A DNA stretch of 63,414 nucleotides, the filler included, from Clostridiaceae bacterium (GTDB taxonomy: Bacteria > Bacillota > Clostridia > CAYPLH01 > DUMO01), in the NCBI GenBank assembly GCA_012839865.1. It is 6 parts of 5 records of this genome, joined end to end, with 100 filler letters (N's around TTAATTAATTAA, not from the genome) between each part and the next. Parts side by side here need not be neighbours in the genome. Positions count along the whole stretch, not along the records: positions 17,709 to 38,599 come from DUMO01000023.1; 5 more parts are not named here. One strand, 5' to 3'. The position numbers were made by a program, and so were the translations under genes. Position 1 is the stretch's first letter; every line of letters begins with the position of its first letter. Shown one piece after another: positions 19,487 through 30,092 of this stretch. The notes under the pieces were generated by a model. The model had not been told where the DNA came from. It searched no databases and worked only from the letters and a program-made list of their open reading frames with translations.

Positions 19487-19556
19487 AAAAACCACAGGAA
19501 TCACCCCTCTGGTTTTCCCTCAACTGAAACCACTGGAGTCGTCCCCCTGGTTTCCC
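19487..19556. repeat. Two further REP-like copies
   Basis: AAACCACAGGAATCACCCCTCTGGTTTT and AAACCACTGGAGTCGTCCCCCTGGTTTC. Confidence 0.6.
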
Positions 19557-19694
19557 ATCCCTCTCCACTTTTCCAAAACCGCAAGAACCTTCCTGACGCA
19601 GCTAATGTATTCCAAACATCCTGAACACTTCGGTTGCGGCTGCAAGTTTCAGTGTGGTATAATCTAATCATTAAAAGCAAGTGAGGTGTTAATT

Positions 19695-20831
19695 ATGGGG
19701 TTGTTTGATTTCATAAAGAACCAATTCATTGAAGTTATAGAATGGACTGATGACTCACAGGATACAATGGTCTACAGGTTTCCTGTTGCAAACAAGGAAA
19801 TAAAAATGGGTGCGCAGCTCACAGTCAGGGAATCCCAGACTGCAATATTTGTCAACGAAGGGGTAATTGCAGATGTGTTTTTCCCGGGGCGGCATGTATT
19901 AAGCACACGGAATATGCCTGTAATGACCAAGTTGCAATCATGGAAATACGGATTTGACTCCCCCTTTAAGGCGGAAGTCTATTTTATCAATATGAAGCAG
20001 TTTCTCAACCAAAAATGGGGAACAGCAAATCCTGTCATGATGAGAGATGCAGAGTTTGGCATGTTAAGGCTCAGAGCCTATGGAATATACTCCTTTAAAG
20101 TAGCCTGGCCGGAAATATTTCTTAAGGAAGTCTTCGGAACAAGCAGCAGGTTCGATACTCAAAGCATAACCGAACAATTGAAACGTGCCATCATTTCCGG
20201 AGTCAGTGATATGCTGGGAGAATGCAGGATTCCGGCAATCGACCTTGCAAGGCATTACGATGAACTAAGTGAAAGAGCAAGGGAAAAGCTAAATCCCATT
20301 TTTGAAAAACTTGGTTTACAGTTGATTTCATTTTTTATAGAAAACATTTCACTCCCTGAGGAAGTTGAAAAGGTAATAGATAAAAGAACATCAATGGGTG
20401 TTCTGGGCGATATGAAGGCTTATTCCAAGTACCAGGCAGCCGAAGCTATCAGGGATGCCGCGAAAAATCCAAGCGGTGGATCAGGAGCCGGAATGAGTTT
20501 TGGAGCCGGAGCTGCTATTGGCAGTATAATGGTTGATGCTTTCAGCAGTATGAATAAGTCCAACAGCTCCAATGAAGAAACAGCCAGAGATACAAAGGTT
20601 TGCCCTGAATGCGGTCAAAAAAGTCCCACACAAGCCAAATTTTGCATCTCTTGCGGAAAACCTCTGGTACAACCCGGGAAAAAATGCACCAAATGCGGCT
20701 TTGAAATAAATACTGATGTCAAGTTCTGCCCGGAATGCGGTACTCGCCAGGAGGAGCAAACCTGTAAGAAATGCGGAGCCAAACTTGGCGCAGGAGCAAA
20801 GTTCTGTTCTGAGTGTGGCACTGCTGTATAA
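19695..20831 (+). CDS. SPFH/band-7 domain protein with C-terminal zinc ribbons (YdjI-like)
   Basis: LTVRESQTAIFV, PFKAEVYF, KWGT motifs; C-terminal CxxC pairs. Confidence 0.85.
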   Translation: MGLFDFIKNQFIEVIEWTDDSQDTMVYRFPVANKEIKMGAQLTVRESQTAIFVNEGVIADVFFPGRHVLSTRNMPVMTKLQSWKYGFDSPFKAEVYFINMKQFLNQKWGTANPVMMRDAEFGMLRLRAYGIYSFKVAWPEIFLKEVFGTSSRFDTQSITEQLKRAIISGVSDMLGECRIPAIDLARHYDELSERAREKLNPIFEKLGLQLISFFIENISLPEEVEKVIDKRTSMGVLGDMKAYSKYQAAEAIRDAAKNPSGGSGAGMSFGAGAAIGSIMVDAFSSMNKSNSSNEETARDTKVCPECGQKSPTQAKFCISCGKPLVQPGKKCTKCGFEINTDVKFCPECGTRQEEQTCKKCGAKLGAGAKFCSECGTAV

Positions 20832-20854
20832 ATCAAAGGCCGGGGGTGCTTTAG

Positions 20855-22015
20855 ATGGATAAAACAAGACACCAGGACCAGGAGCAGCAATGGGAACAGG
20901 AAGATCAGCAGTTTGGTGAAACTGAAAGCCGGGAAGAAACAGACAAATTTGCATGTCCTGGCTGCGGTGCCAACATGACCTTCAACCCTGACACCCAGAC
21001 CCTTTATTGCCAGTATTGCGGAAAAAGTATTGACATTAAAGCTAACGGTGACATTGATGAGCATGACTTTTACACTGCCAACGACAATGCAAAAGACTGG
21101 GGAAAAGAAAACAGGGTAATAAAATGTGAAAGCTGTGGAGCCCAAACTCTACTTGAGACGTACAGTACTGCCCAGTTCTGCGCTTTTTGCGGTTCTTCCC
21201 ATGTAGTTAAAGTTGATGAATCTGCCGGTATTCCCCCCCAGTCACTGATACCCTTCAAGGTATCTTTGAACAAAGCAACCGAACTCTTCAAGAAATGGAT
21301 AAAAAGACGGTTTTTTGCACCAAAGGCTGTTAAAACGGATAGCCAGATTAAAAAAATATCAGGTGTTTATATACCATGCTGGACATATGACAGCAATACA
21401 TTCTCCAACTACGTTGCAGAAAAAGGCACATATTATTATGTAACCCGCACCCATTGGGTTACGAGAAACGGCAAACGGGAACGGGTGGTAACAAGGGAAA
21501 GGCGAATTCGCTGGCGTTGGGTAAGTGGCACTTACTCCAGGTTTTTTGACGACGTTTTGGTGAATGCCTCAAAAAATGCTGATTCCAAGTTAATGAAGAA
21601 ACTGGAGCCCTTTAACATGAAGGAGCTGGTACCCTACGACTCCAAATTCCTTACCGGGTTTTTGGCTGAAAGGTACAGCATCGGGCTGGACCCCGGCTGG
21701 GAAATAGCAAAACAGGAAATAAAGGCACAAATACGTCAGGGAGTTATAAACCAGATTAATGGTGACGAGGTGAGAAATTTAAAAATAGACACAAGATACA
21801 GCAATATCACATACAAACATATACTTCTGCCTGTATGGATGGCGTCGTACAAATATAAGGACAAAATCTACAGATTCATGGTTAACGGTCAGACAGGGGA
21901 AGTTCAGGGATATTCACCTGTCAGTCCCTGGAAGGTTGTGGCTGTTGTTGTTGCAGTCCTTGCACTGTTATGCATAGGCTTGTATTTATATTCGAATTCC
22001 GCACCAATATATTAA
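20855..22015 (+). CDS. Zinc-ribbon membrane protein (YdjG-like)
   Basis: CPGCG..CQYCG and CESCG..CAFCG; YVPxW-like IYIPCW and LLPVW; C-terminal TM helix. Confidence 0.7.
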   Translation: MDKTRHQDQEQQWEQEDQQFGETESREETDKFACPGCGANMTFNPDTQTLYCQYCGKSIDIKANGDIDEHDFYTANDNAKDWGKENRVIKCESCGAQTLLETYSTAQFCAFCGSSHVVKVDESAGIPPQSLIPFKVSLNKATELFKKWIKRRFFAPKAVKTDSQIKKISGVYIPCWTYDSNTFSNYVAEKGTYYYVTRTHWVTRNGKRERVVTRERRIRWRWVSGTYSRFFDDVLVNASKNADSKLMKKLEPFNMKELVPYDSKFLTGFLAERYSIGLDPGWEIAKQEIKAQIRQGVINQINGDEVRNLKIDTRYSNITYKHILLPVWMASYKYKDKIYRFMVNGQTGEVQGYSPVSPWKVVAVVVAVLALLCIGLYLYSNSAPIY

Positions 22016-22129
22016 ACCCGGAAACGCCATTCTTCCCGCTTAAAATCGCAGAACATTCATCGGACTAACGTTCAAATCCGGTCATGATACCTCAGATAAC
22101 TATTTCATTAAATAAAGGGGGTTTTTTAC

Positions 22130-23095
22130 ATGAAACTCGGTGTATTTACTGTTTTACTTGCACAGAAAAGTTTGGAGGAGGCATGCCAGTATCTTTCAAA
22201 TTTAGGTGTACAGGCAGTCGAAATAGGTACCGGAGGATTTCCCGGAAACGCTCATTGCAATACTGCAGAGCTGCTTTCGGACGACGGGAAGATTGAAAAA
22301 TTCAAGGATACCATTAAAAAATATGGCCTGGAGATAAGCGCTCTCAGCTGTCATGGAAATGCAGTACACCCGGATAAGGAAATTGCGAAAAAATTTCACA
22401 AGGATTTTGAAGACACAGTTCTTCTTGCCGAAAAACTGGGCATTGACAGGGTTATTACCTTTTCAGGGTGTCCAGGGGACTCTCCCGGTTCAAAATATCC
22501 AAATTGGGTTACATGTCCATGGCCTGAGGATTTTCTCAAGATCCTGGACTATCAGTGGAATGAAATATTGATACCTTACTGGGCAAAGGCAGCTAAATTT
22601 GCCGGTGAGCATGGGGTGACCAAAATATGTTTTGAGCTGCATCCGGGTTTTTGTGTATACAACACTGAAACACTGCTTAAATTAAGAAGTGCAGTTGGAG
22701 ATGCAATAGGGGCAAACTTTGACCCAAGCCACCTTTTCTGGCAGGGAATAGATCCTGTTGCCGCAATTAAAAAGTTGGGACCTGCAATTTATCATTTTCA
22801 TGCAAAGGATTGCAGGATAGATGAATACAACACCAGAGTGAACGGTGTGCTTGATACAAAGCATTACGGTGATGAAGCCAACCGCTCATGGATTTTCCGG
22901 ACTGTAGGGTACGGCCACGGATACCAGGTTTGGAAGGACATAGTAAGCGCTCTCAGGATTGTGGGATACGACCATGTTCTGAGCATAGAGCATGAAGACA
23001 GCCTTATGTCGGTCAGCGAGGGGCTTGAGAAAGCCATATCTTTCCTCAAGGAAGTCATGGTATTTGAAAAAACCGGGGAAATGTGGTGGGCATAA
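22130..23095 (+). CDS. Sugar phosphate isomerase/epimerase (xylose isomerase-like TIM barrel)
   Basis: FELHPG, NFDPSH, HFHAKD, SIEHED metal motifs. Confidence 0.85.
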   Translation: MKLGVFTVLLAQKSLEEACQYLSNLGVQAVEIGTGGFPGNAHCNTAELLSDDGKIEKFKDTIKKYGLEISALSCHGNAVHPDKEIAKKFHKDFEDTVLLAEKLGIDRVITFSGCPGDSPGSKYPNWVTCPWPEDFLKILDYQWNEILIPYWAKAAKFAGEHGVTKICFELHPGFCVYNTETLLKLRSAVGDAIGANFDPSHLFWQGIDPVAAIKKLGPAIYHFHAKDCRIDEYNTRVNGVLDTKHYGDEANRSWIFRTVGYGHGYQVWKDIVSALRIVGYDHVLSIEHEDSLMSVSEGLEKAISFLKEVMVFEKTGEMWWA

Positions 23096-23106
23096 GCGGA
23101 GGTAAC

Positions 23107-23790
23107 ATGAGCGAGAATCTTCATGAAGAACACAGGAAAAGAGTTAGAGCCCGGTACCTGAAGGAAGGGCTGGACGGATTTGAGGATCATCAGGTGTTGG
23201 AGCTTCTGTTGTTTTACAGCATCCCCAGGAGGGACACAAATGAACTGGCCCACAGAATGATTGAGAAATTTGGAAACCTTCCCACCCTGTTTGAAGCAGA
23301 CCCTGCGGATATACAAAAGCGCTGCGGTGTAAGTGAAAAAACCGCCATACTTATATCCTTAATTCCCTCCCTGGCCAGAAGATATTTTAAAGAAAAATGG
23401 GGCGAAAAGCCGGTAATAACCAGTTCATTTAAAGCCGGAAATTATGCAATCACCCTTTTTACCGGAAGGACCTATGAAGTGTTTTATGTCCTTTGCCTTG
23501 ACTCCCAGAACAGGGTTAATTATGCAGCATTGGTGCATGAGGGAACAATAAATGAAGCGCCTGTTTATCCCAGGCTGATAGTGGAAACCGCCTTAAGGCA
23601 CCAGGCAAACAGCGTAATACTGGCCCATAACCATCCGGGAGGAAGTTTGCAGCCGTCAAAAGCCGATATTGACGTTACAAAAAAGATAATTGCAGCCCTT
23701 GAACCTATTTCAATCAAGGTAATGGACCATATAATTGTTGCCGGGGATAAATACTTTAGTTTCGCCGAGAAAGGCCTGCTTGGAGTATAA
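23107..23790 (+). CDS. radC: RadC (JAB domain) protein
   Basis: HQVLELLLFYSIPRRDTNELAH; ILAHNHPGG; DHIIV. Confidence 0.92.
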   Translation: MSENLHEEHRKRVRARYLKEGLDGFEDHQVLELLLFYSIPRRDTNELAHRMIEKFGNLPTLFEADPADIQKRCGVSEKTAILISLIPSLARRYFKEKWGEKPVITSSFKAGNYAITLFTGRTYEVFYVLCLDSQNRVNYAALVHEGTINEAPVYPRLIVETALRHQANSVILAHNHPGGSLQPSKADIDVTKKIIAALEPISIKVMDHIIVAGDKYFSFAEKGLLGV

Positions 23791-23891
23791 GTTGCGGTTG
23801 TTTATTATGAAAGTTGTGGATATAATAAGGGATAAGAATAATCAGGGTGCCTTATTCCAGCAAACACTCACGCGGATTGGCCCTAAAAAGG

Positions 23892-25067
23892 ATGAAGATA
23901 TTGGCGCAACTAAATTTATTTGCTACATGCTTGTTTGGCATAGAGTCAATTGTGGCAAGAGAGCTTAAGAATATTGGTTATGAAGATACATTTTCCGAAA
24001 ACGGCAGGGTGAATTTTACTGGAGACGAAATGGCCATATGCCGTTCCAACATCTGGCTACGGACTGCCGAGAGAGTTCTCCTGAAAATAGGCGAGTTTAA
24101 AGCAATGACATTTGATGAGCTGTTTGAAAAAACGAAAGCTCTGCCCTGGGATGAATGGATTCCGGAAAATGCACAGTTTCCCGTAATCGGAAAGTCTGTT
24201 AGTTCAAAGCTTGCAAGCATACCCGATTGCCAGGCCATAGTGAAGAAAGCTGTTGTTGAAAAACTCAAGCAAAAGTATAAAAAGGACTGGTTTGAGGAAA
24301 CCGGTCCCGTATATAAGATAGAGGTAGGCCTTTTAAAGGACATTGCGACCTTGAGCATAGACACAAGCGGCACAGGACTCCACAAAAGGGGTTACAGGAA
24401 GCTGGTGTCCTCCGCGCCTCTTAAGGAGACCCTTGCAAGTGCAATGATTCAGATTAGCAGATGGAAAAAGGACAGGGTATTGATTGACCCCTTTTGCGGT
24501 TCAGGCACCATACCTATAGAAACTGCAATGATTGGACTCAATATTGCACCTGGACTTAACAGGGAGTTTGTTTCAGTAGGATGGCCTCAAATTACCGAAA
24601 AGATGTGGAAGGATGCAAGGGCTGAAGCAAATGACCTGAAGGAATTGGATAACGAGCTTCTGATACAGGGGTCCGACATAAACGACGAAGTTATGAGTCT
24701 TGCAAGGTATCATGCCAAACTTGCCGGGGTGGATAAACATATCCATCTTCAAAGAAGAGATATGAGGGAAATCAGTTCCCGTCACAAGTATGGGTTTATA
24801 ATATGCAACCCGCCTTATGGCGAAAGGTTGAGTGAAAAACGTGAGGTGGAAAAACTTTACCAGGATATGGGGAAAGTTTTCAAAACCCTGGATACTTGGT
24901 CATATTATGTGTTAACCTCACATGTGGACTTTGAAAGATTTTTTGGGCAAAAAGCAAACAAGAAAAGAAAATTGTACAATGGAATGATAATGTGCAACTA
25001 CTACCAGTTTTTTGGCCCACCTCCGCCACGCGGAAGGAAAAGCGAGGATAATGCAGGCAACGTATAA
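23892..25067 (+). CDS. THUMP-domain rRNA methyltransferase (RlmL/YpsC-like)
   Basis: LHKRGYR, APLKETLA, DPFCGSGT, CNPPYGER; start approximate. Confidence 0.85.
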   Translation: MKILAQLNLFATCLFGIESIVARELKNIGYEDTFSENGRVNFTGDEMAICRSNIWLRTAERVLLKIGEFKAMTFDELFEKTKALPWDEWIPENAQFPVIGKSVSSKLASIPDCQAIVKKAVVEKLKQKYKKDWFEETGPVYKIEVGLLKDIATLSIDTSGTGLHKRGYRKLVSSAPLKETLASAMIQISRWKKDRVLIDPFCGSGTIPIETAMIGLNIAPGLNREFVSVGWPQITEKMWKDARAEANDLKELDNELLIQGSDINDEVMSLARYHAKLAGVDKHIHLQRRDMREISSRHKYGFIICNPPYGERLSEKREVEKLYQDMGKVFKTLDTWSYYVLTSHVDFERFFGQKANKKRKLYNGMIMCNYYQFFGPPPPRGRKSEDNAGNV

Positions 25068-25172
25068 GACATTCATTAGAGCAGCAATCATTTGCAGGAG
25101 AAAGCAAGCAGGATAAGCTGTCCATTATGAAGGCAGTCAATAGAGCGTTTAGTTGATTTTAAAGGGGCATTA

Positions 25173-26447
25173 ATGTATATGATAATGAAGCTTCAAAAAT
25201 CCAAAATAAAAGGATGCTTAAAAATTCCCGGCTCCAAGTCCCATACAATAAGAGCGTTGTTTATGGCAAGTCTTGCCGAAGGCAAATCCGTAATACGGAA
25301 CCCTTTGATATCTGATGATACATTGTCAGCTGTGAGGACATGTCAATCTTTTGGCGCACAAATATCAATGAAGGATGATTATTTTATCGTAGAAGGTTTT
25401 GGCGGAAAACCAAAAGTACCGGAGGACGTTATAAATGTTGGAAATTCCGGAACAACCCTCAGGATTTCCATGATGGTGGCTGGACTAGCAGATGGCATAA
25501 CAGTTTTTACAGGGGATGAGCAGATCAGAAACCGCCCCCTGCAGCCATTGATAGATGCCATGAACAATCTGGGGGCTTCCGTTTATACAACCCGCGGCAA
25601 CGGTATGGCTCCCGTGATAGTAAAGGGACCCTTGTCAGGCGGTGAAACCCTGCTTGATGCAGTTACTTCGCAGTACCTTTCATCAATTCTTATCAGTGCT
25701 CCGCTTCTGAAAAATGATACAACGGTAACCATCACCCGGCTGAACGAGGTTCCCTATGTGGAAATGACTCTATGGTGGCTGGACAGACAAAATATTGCGT
25801 ATGAAAACGACAACTTCAAAACTTTTAAAATTAGGGGACGCCATGTTTATTCCCCCATGGAGGTTACAATACCCGGGGATTTTTCCTCCGCCTCATTTTT
25901 TCTTGTGCTGGCAGCCATATCAGAGGGAGAATTGCTGCTTGAAAACCTGGATATGAATGATGTACAGGGAGACAAGCAGGTTGTACACATACTTGAAAGC
26001 ATGGGGGCAAAAATCGAAATCAACCGGTCCGGAATTAAAATAAAAGGTGGCAGGCTGCTTGGGAAAACCATCGACATGAATGCCATACCGGATGCGCTGC
26101 CAATTTTGGCTGTAGCAGGGTGTTTTGCCGAGGGAGAAACCCGTTTGCTCAATGTACCCCAGGCAAGATTAAAGGAAACAGACCGGATTGCGGTAATGTA
26201 CAGGGAACTTAAAAAGATGGGAGCTGACATTGAAGAATTGCCGGACGGTCTGATTGTCAGGAAAAGCAATTTGATGGGATGCAGTGTAAACGGGCACGGA
26301 GACCACAGGATTGTCATGTCCCTGGCTGTTGCCGGCCTTTGCTCAGAGGGTGAAACAACAGTTGACACTGCCGAGTCGGTAAATGTCACTGTTCCAGAGT
26401 TCCCGGAAATGATAGCAAAATGCGGCGGAGCATTGGAATTAATATAA
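25173..26447 (+). CDS. aroA: EPSP synthase
   Basis: PGSKS, GNSGTT, SQYLS, KETDR, DHRI. Confidence 0.93.
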   Translation: MYMIMKLQKSKIKGCLKIPGSKSHTIRALFMASLAEGKSVIRNPLISDDTLSAVRTCQSFGAQISMKDDYFIVEGFGGKPKVPEDVINVGNSGTTLRISMMVAGLADGITVFTGDEQIRNRPLQPLIDAMNNLGASVYTTRGNGMAPVIVKGPLSGGETLLDAVTSQYLSSILISAPLLKNDTTVTITRLNEVPYVEMTLWWLDRQNIAYENDNFKTFKIRGRHVYSPMEVTIPGDFSSASFFLVLAAISEGELLLENLDMNDVQGDKQVVHILESMGAKIEINRSGIKIKGGRLLGKTIDMNAIPDALPILAVAGCFAEGETRLLNVPQARLKETDRIAVMYRELKKMGADIEELPDGLIVRKSNLMGCSVNGHGDHRIVMSLAVAGLCSEGETTVDTAESVNVTVPEFPEMIAKCGGALELI

Positions 26448-26645
26448 TATTGAGGATGACAGCAGCGGCCTCTTGCACCCCAGGCAAGTATTCTATTTAA
26501 ATAAATGCAAACCTGAAAGTATGACAGTGCCGAAGCAAGGCTATAAAGTAAAAATCAAGATGCAGGAAAAGCTTGAAGGAATCAGCCGCGAGAATTATTA
26601 ATTAAATGGAAAACTATTGGCTTAACTTATCAAAAACCGGAGGAA

Positions 26646-27179
26646 TTGCGCATGAAAAACAGTATTGTACTTATCGGAATGCCGGGTTCAGGCAAGAGTA
26701 CGGTAGGCAAAAGCCTTTCTGAAAGGCTCAAGCTTAAATTTACGGATACAGATATTTTAATCAGTTCAGCATATGGCAAAACCCCCGGTGACATTGTAAA
26801 GGAACATGGCAGGGAATTTTTTTTAAATATGCAGGAAGAAATTATACTCGGCATGGATACCGCCAATCAGGTTATTGCAACGGGGGGCAGTGTAATCATG
26901 AGCGAAGCGGTTATGAAGCATCTTGGAAATAACGGAATAATAGTATTCATAAAGCTCGGATATGACCCCATGGTAAGAAGGCTCGCCCCGGACAGGAGAC
27001 TTGCCAGGGGGAGCGGCCAGAGTCTTATGGAAATGTATGATGAGAGACTTCCCCTGTATGAAAAGTATGCTGATATAATTGTTGACTGCGGGAATAGATG
27101 CGTCACGGAGATAACTGAAGAAATAATTGATAAGACAAAAAACAATTTTAATTCTCATAGCTCCAATGCCGTTCAATAA
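26646..27179 (+). CDS. aroK: Shikimate kinase
   Basis: GMPGSGKSTVG, DTD, ATGG, RLPLY. Confidence 0.9.
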   Translation: MRMKNSIVLIGMPGSGKSTVGKSLSERLKLKFTDTDILISSAYGKTPGDIVKEHGREFFLNMQEEIILGMDTANQVIATGGSVIMSEAVMKHLGNNGIIVFIKLGYDPMVRRLAPDRRLARGSGQSLMEMYDERLPLYEKYADIIVDCGNRCVTEITEEIIDKTKNNFNSHSSNAVQ

Positions 27180-27377
27180 GCTTAAGCAGCCAAAAAGCCG
27201 TCAAAAAGTTCAGTTTGCCGGCATTGTGGCATAATATGGCGTTGCAGCAAGAGTATTATTTGGTTTAACTCAATTGGCTGTCGAAATAGTAGTCAAATCA
27301 GGCATACTATCGTATTGCAAGAGTATTTTACGGTTTTACTGCGAATTAACACTAATAATAAAGGAGTTCGGAACAAA

Positions 27378-28556
27378 ATGTTTGGAAATTCATTTGGGAG
27401 ATTATTCAGAGTAACCACCTCAGGAGAATCATACGCCGGAGGTTTCAGGAAAAATAAAAATTTGCCCCGGGAGCTTTACGGAGGACTTCTGACCATAGTA
27501 GACGGTGTGCCGCCGGGAATCAAACTTACCAGTGAGTTTATACAGGAGGAACTGGATAAGAGAAGACCCGGACAATCCAGGCTGGATACGCCAAGGAAGG
27601 AGAAGGACCGGGTCTACATAATTTCCGGTGTTATGGAGGATGATTATACCACAGGGGCTCCTGTAGGGATGTTGATCCCAAATGTTGATATCGCGGACGA
27701 GGAAATCGAGAACCACAGGAGGTATAAAGACCTGATTCGTCCGGGACAGGCTGCATATACCTACTACAAAAAATACGGGCAGTATAACGACTGGGCCGGT
27801 GCAGGCCGTGCTTCCGGCAGGGAGACTGCCGCCCGTGTTGCGGGAGGTGCTGTGGCCAAGGCTGTCCTTGACCGGTTGGGAATAGATGTGATATCCTATG
27901 TATCCGAGGTGCACGGAATTAAATGCAGCCCCGTAACATACGAAACCGCAAAGCAAAACTACCGCAAAAATGAAATAAACTGCCCCGACCTTGAAAAAGC
28001 ACAGGAAATGATAAAGGAACTTCTGCGAATCAAGGAAGAAGGGGATTCCTGCGGAGGAATTGTTGAAATCATCGCCCATGGTGTACCGACAGGATTGGGG
28101 GAACCTGTCTTTGACAAATTAAGCGCAGTGATTGCCCACGGGCTTATGTCAATAGGCGCTATAAAAGGGCTGGAGTTTGGAGCAGGATTTGCCCTTGCGG
28201 GACTTAAGGGCTCCGAGTCAAATGATACACCTTACTATGATGAGAATTCCGGAAGGGTAAGGTTTAAGACCAACAAGGCCGGTGGAATCCTCGGGGGTAT
28301 TTCCAACGGTGAAGAGATTCGTATTAGAGCGGCGGTAAAACCAACCCCCACCATTCCGAAGATTCAGGAAACCGTTGATGTAAATAAGCTCTGCAACACA
28401 AAGGTATCCTTTAAGTCAAGAAACGACCCGTCAATACTGCCACGGATTTATCCGGTATGTGAAGCCATGGTGCGAATTGCGATACTGGATGCGTGGTACA
28501 TGGCAAAAGGATACAGGTCAGTGTCGGATATTGACCATAAATGGGACACTCTTTAG
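27378..28556 (+). CDS. aroC: Chorismate synthase
   Basis: TTSGES, RPGQA, RASGRETAARVAGGA, GGISNG, VKPTPTI; AAGGAG RBS. Confidence 0.9.
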   Translation: MFGNSFGRLFRVTTSGESYAGGFRKNKNLPRELYGGLLTIVDGVPPGIKLTSEFIQEELDKRRPGQSRLDTPRKEKDRVYIISGVMEDDYTTGAPVGMLIPNVDIADEEIENHRRYKDLIRPGQAAYTYYKKYGQYNDWAGAGRASGRETAARVAGGAVAKAVLDRLGIDVISYVSEVHGIKCSPVTYETAKQNYRKNEINCPDLEKAQEMIKELLRIKEEGDSCGGIVEIIAHGVPTGLGEPVFDKLSAVIAHGLMSIGAIKGLEFGAGFALAGLKGSESNDTPYYDENSGRVRFKTNKAGGILGGISNGEEIRIRAAVKPTPTIPKIQETVDVNKLCNTKVSFKSRNDPSILPRIYPVCEAMVRIAILDAWYMAKGYRSVSDIDHKWDTL

Positions 28557-28712
28557 CCTTTAGAGGTGTAATAGTGGTATTTTTCAAGTCCAGTGAAATT
28601 ATTTCATGATTAACGGCTATGATACTGCCATAAGACCACACAAAAAGATTGAGTTTTTATCCATTTGTCTGGTAAAATATTTTTATAATACAACAGCTTC
28701 AGGAGATTATAA

Positions 28713-29120
28713 ATGAATTACTACGGTCCATATAATAAAACAATTATTTTGTGTACTCGCTGCAGAAAGAAGTTAAGAGTTCCTACAGACAGGGGCAAAA
28801 TTATTGTTAATTGTCCAATGTGTGCCCACAGGTTTGCATATAATCCAAACTCAATTTTGCACACGTTAAAGCAAGTGCTGCTGATGCTTTTGGATGCTGT
28901 AATTCAACTTCCTTCAAAGATTAAGAAGCTGCCCTGGTATTTTCAAAGGTTCAGATTTTGGTTTATGCGAGACCGGAGAAACAAGCTTATAGTTGCTTTT
29001 GCAGTTATTATGCTGGTCTTGATGATTGTTTCATTTATTGCTTCAAAAAACAAAGCAAAAAAACCCCAATACTATGAACCAGATTTCGTGGAGCCAAAGT
29101 ACGTACATTACCAGCTATAG
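28713..29120 (+). CDS. Small zinc-ribbon membrane protein, function unknown
   Basis: CTRC..LRVP..RGKI.V.CPMC; hydrophobic helix near C-terminus. Confidence 0.6.
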   Translation: MNYYGPYNKTIILCTRCRKKLRVPTDRGKIIVNCPMCAHRFAYNPNSILHTLKQVLLMLLDAVIQLPSKIKKLPWYFQRFRFWFMRDRRNKLIVAFAVIMLVLMIVSFIASKNKAKKPQYYEPDFVEPKYVHYQL

Positions 29121-29157
29121 CATAAAATTTCTCAAGTTCAAGCTTAAGCTCCGCATT

Positions 29158-29862
29158 TTACAGTTTGAGAGCTGCAAAAAGGTTCCAGGGAAAAGCTGCC
29201 GGTGGATTAGACGTAAATTCCATTGCATCGTTTTTGGTTGGATGCTTCAGCCGTATTTTATATGACCATAGGGCAATCTGTTGGCCTTTTTTATTAAGTG
29301 AAGCCCCGTATTTTTGGTCTCCAAAAAGAGGATTGCCCTCCGTGGCAAACTGGACCCGTATCTGATGTGGGCGGCCTGTATGCAGGTTTACTCTGACCAG
29401 GCTGAGACCATCTTTATAATCCAGAACTTCATAATCAAGAACCGCTTCTTTTGCATTGGGTGTATTGCTATCGGCCACACTTACAATGTTGCTGGCCGTA
29501 TCCTTTAGAAGGTAGTGCCGGTACTCCCCTTTGGGGACACGAATGCTTCCACGCACTACTGCAAAATACTCCTTGCCAAAGATTCTCCTTCTTATCTGGT
29601 CCGACAGGCGGGAAGCTGCCTTGGAGGTTCTGGCAAAAACCATAACCCCGCCTACGGGACGGTCCAATCTGTGCACCAGTCCAAGGAACACATTCCCCGG
29701 TTTATTGTATCTTGCTTTAATATCTTCCTTTAAAATGCCCAGCATATCCTCATCATTGGAAATATCCCGCTGGACCGGCATGTTTGGCGGCTTTTCCACA
29801 ACAAGGAGGTGGTTGTCTTCATAAATGATTTTTATAGGATTATCCACGTTCTTCATATGCAC
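29158..29862 (-). CDS. RluA-family RNA pseudouridine synthase
   Basis: VHRLDRPVGG catalytic Asp; TGRPHQIRV. Confidence 0.92.
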   Translation of the reverse strand: MHMKNVDNPIKIIYEDNHLLVVEKPPNMPVQRDISNDEDMLGILKEDIKARYNKPGNVFLGLVHRLDRPVGGVMVFARTSKAASRLSDQIRRRIFGKEYFAVVRGSIRVPKGEYRHYLLKDTASNIVSVADSNTPNAKEAVLDYEVLDYKDGLSLVRVNLHTGRPHQIRVQFATEGNPLFGDQKYGASLNKKGQQIALWSYKIRLKHPTKNDAMEFTSNPPAAFPWNLFAALKL

Positions 29863-30092
29863 CCTGGTAAACTATTCTTGTTGTTTGCAGACACTGTGTG
29901 CTGTTAAAAACCTTCCTGCATCCTTTACTTACCCCATTGGCAATAACTAACACAAACATTTGCATAGAGATCTGCCGCACTTGGCTCAGTTATGGCGGCT
30001 TTCACTGCATTGGCAAGAATCGACACTTGCACAGGCCAGTTTGGATTTCCTCGATAATATTGTCCTGATATCTCATAGACAGTTGCAAGCCC

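Noticed and set aside
18631..19556. Possible CRISPR array
   Set aside because: Repeats are degenerate, irregularly spaced and in mixed orientation; no cas genes.
23107..23790. radC as a mobile-element or anti-defence marker
   Set aside because: Full-length chromosomal-type RadC in a housekeeping context.
27180..27377. T-box leader before aroC
   Set aside because: No T-box (GGTGGNACC) antiterminator motif found.
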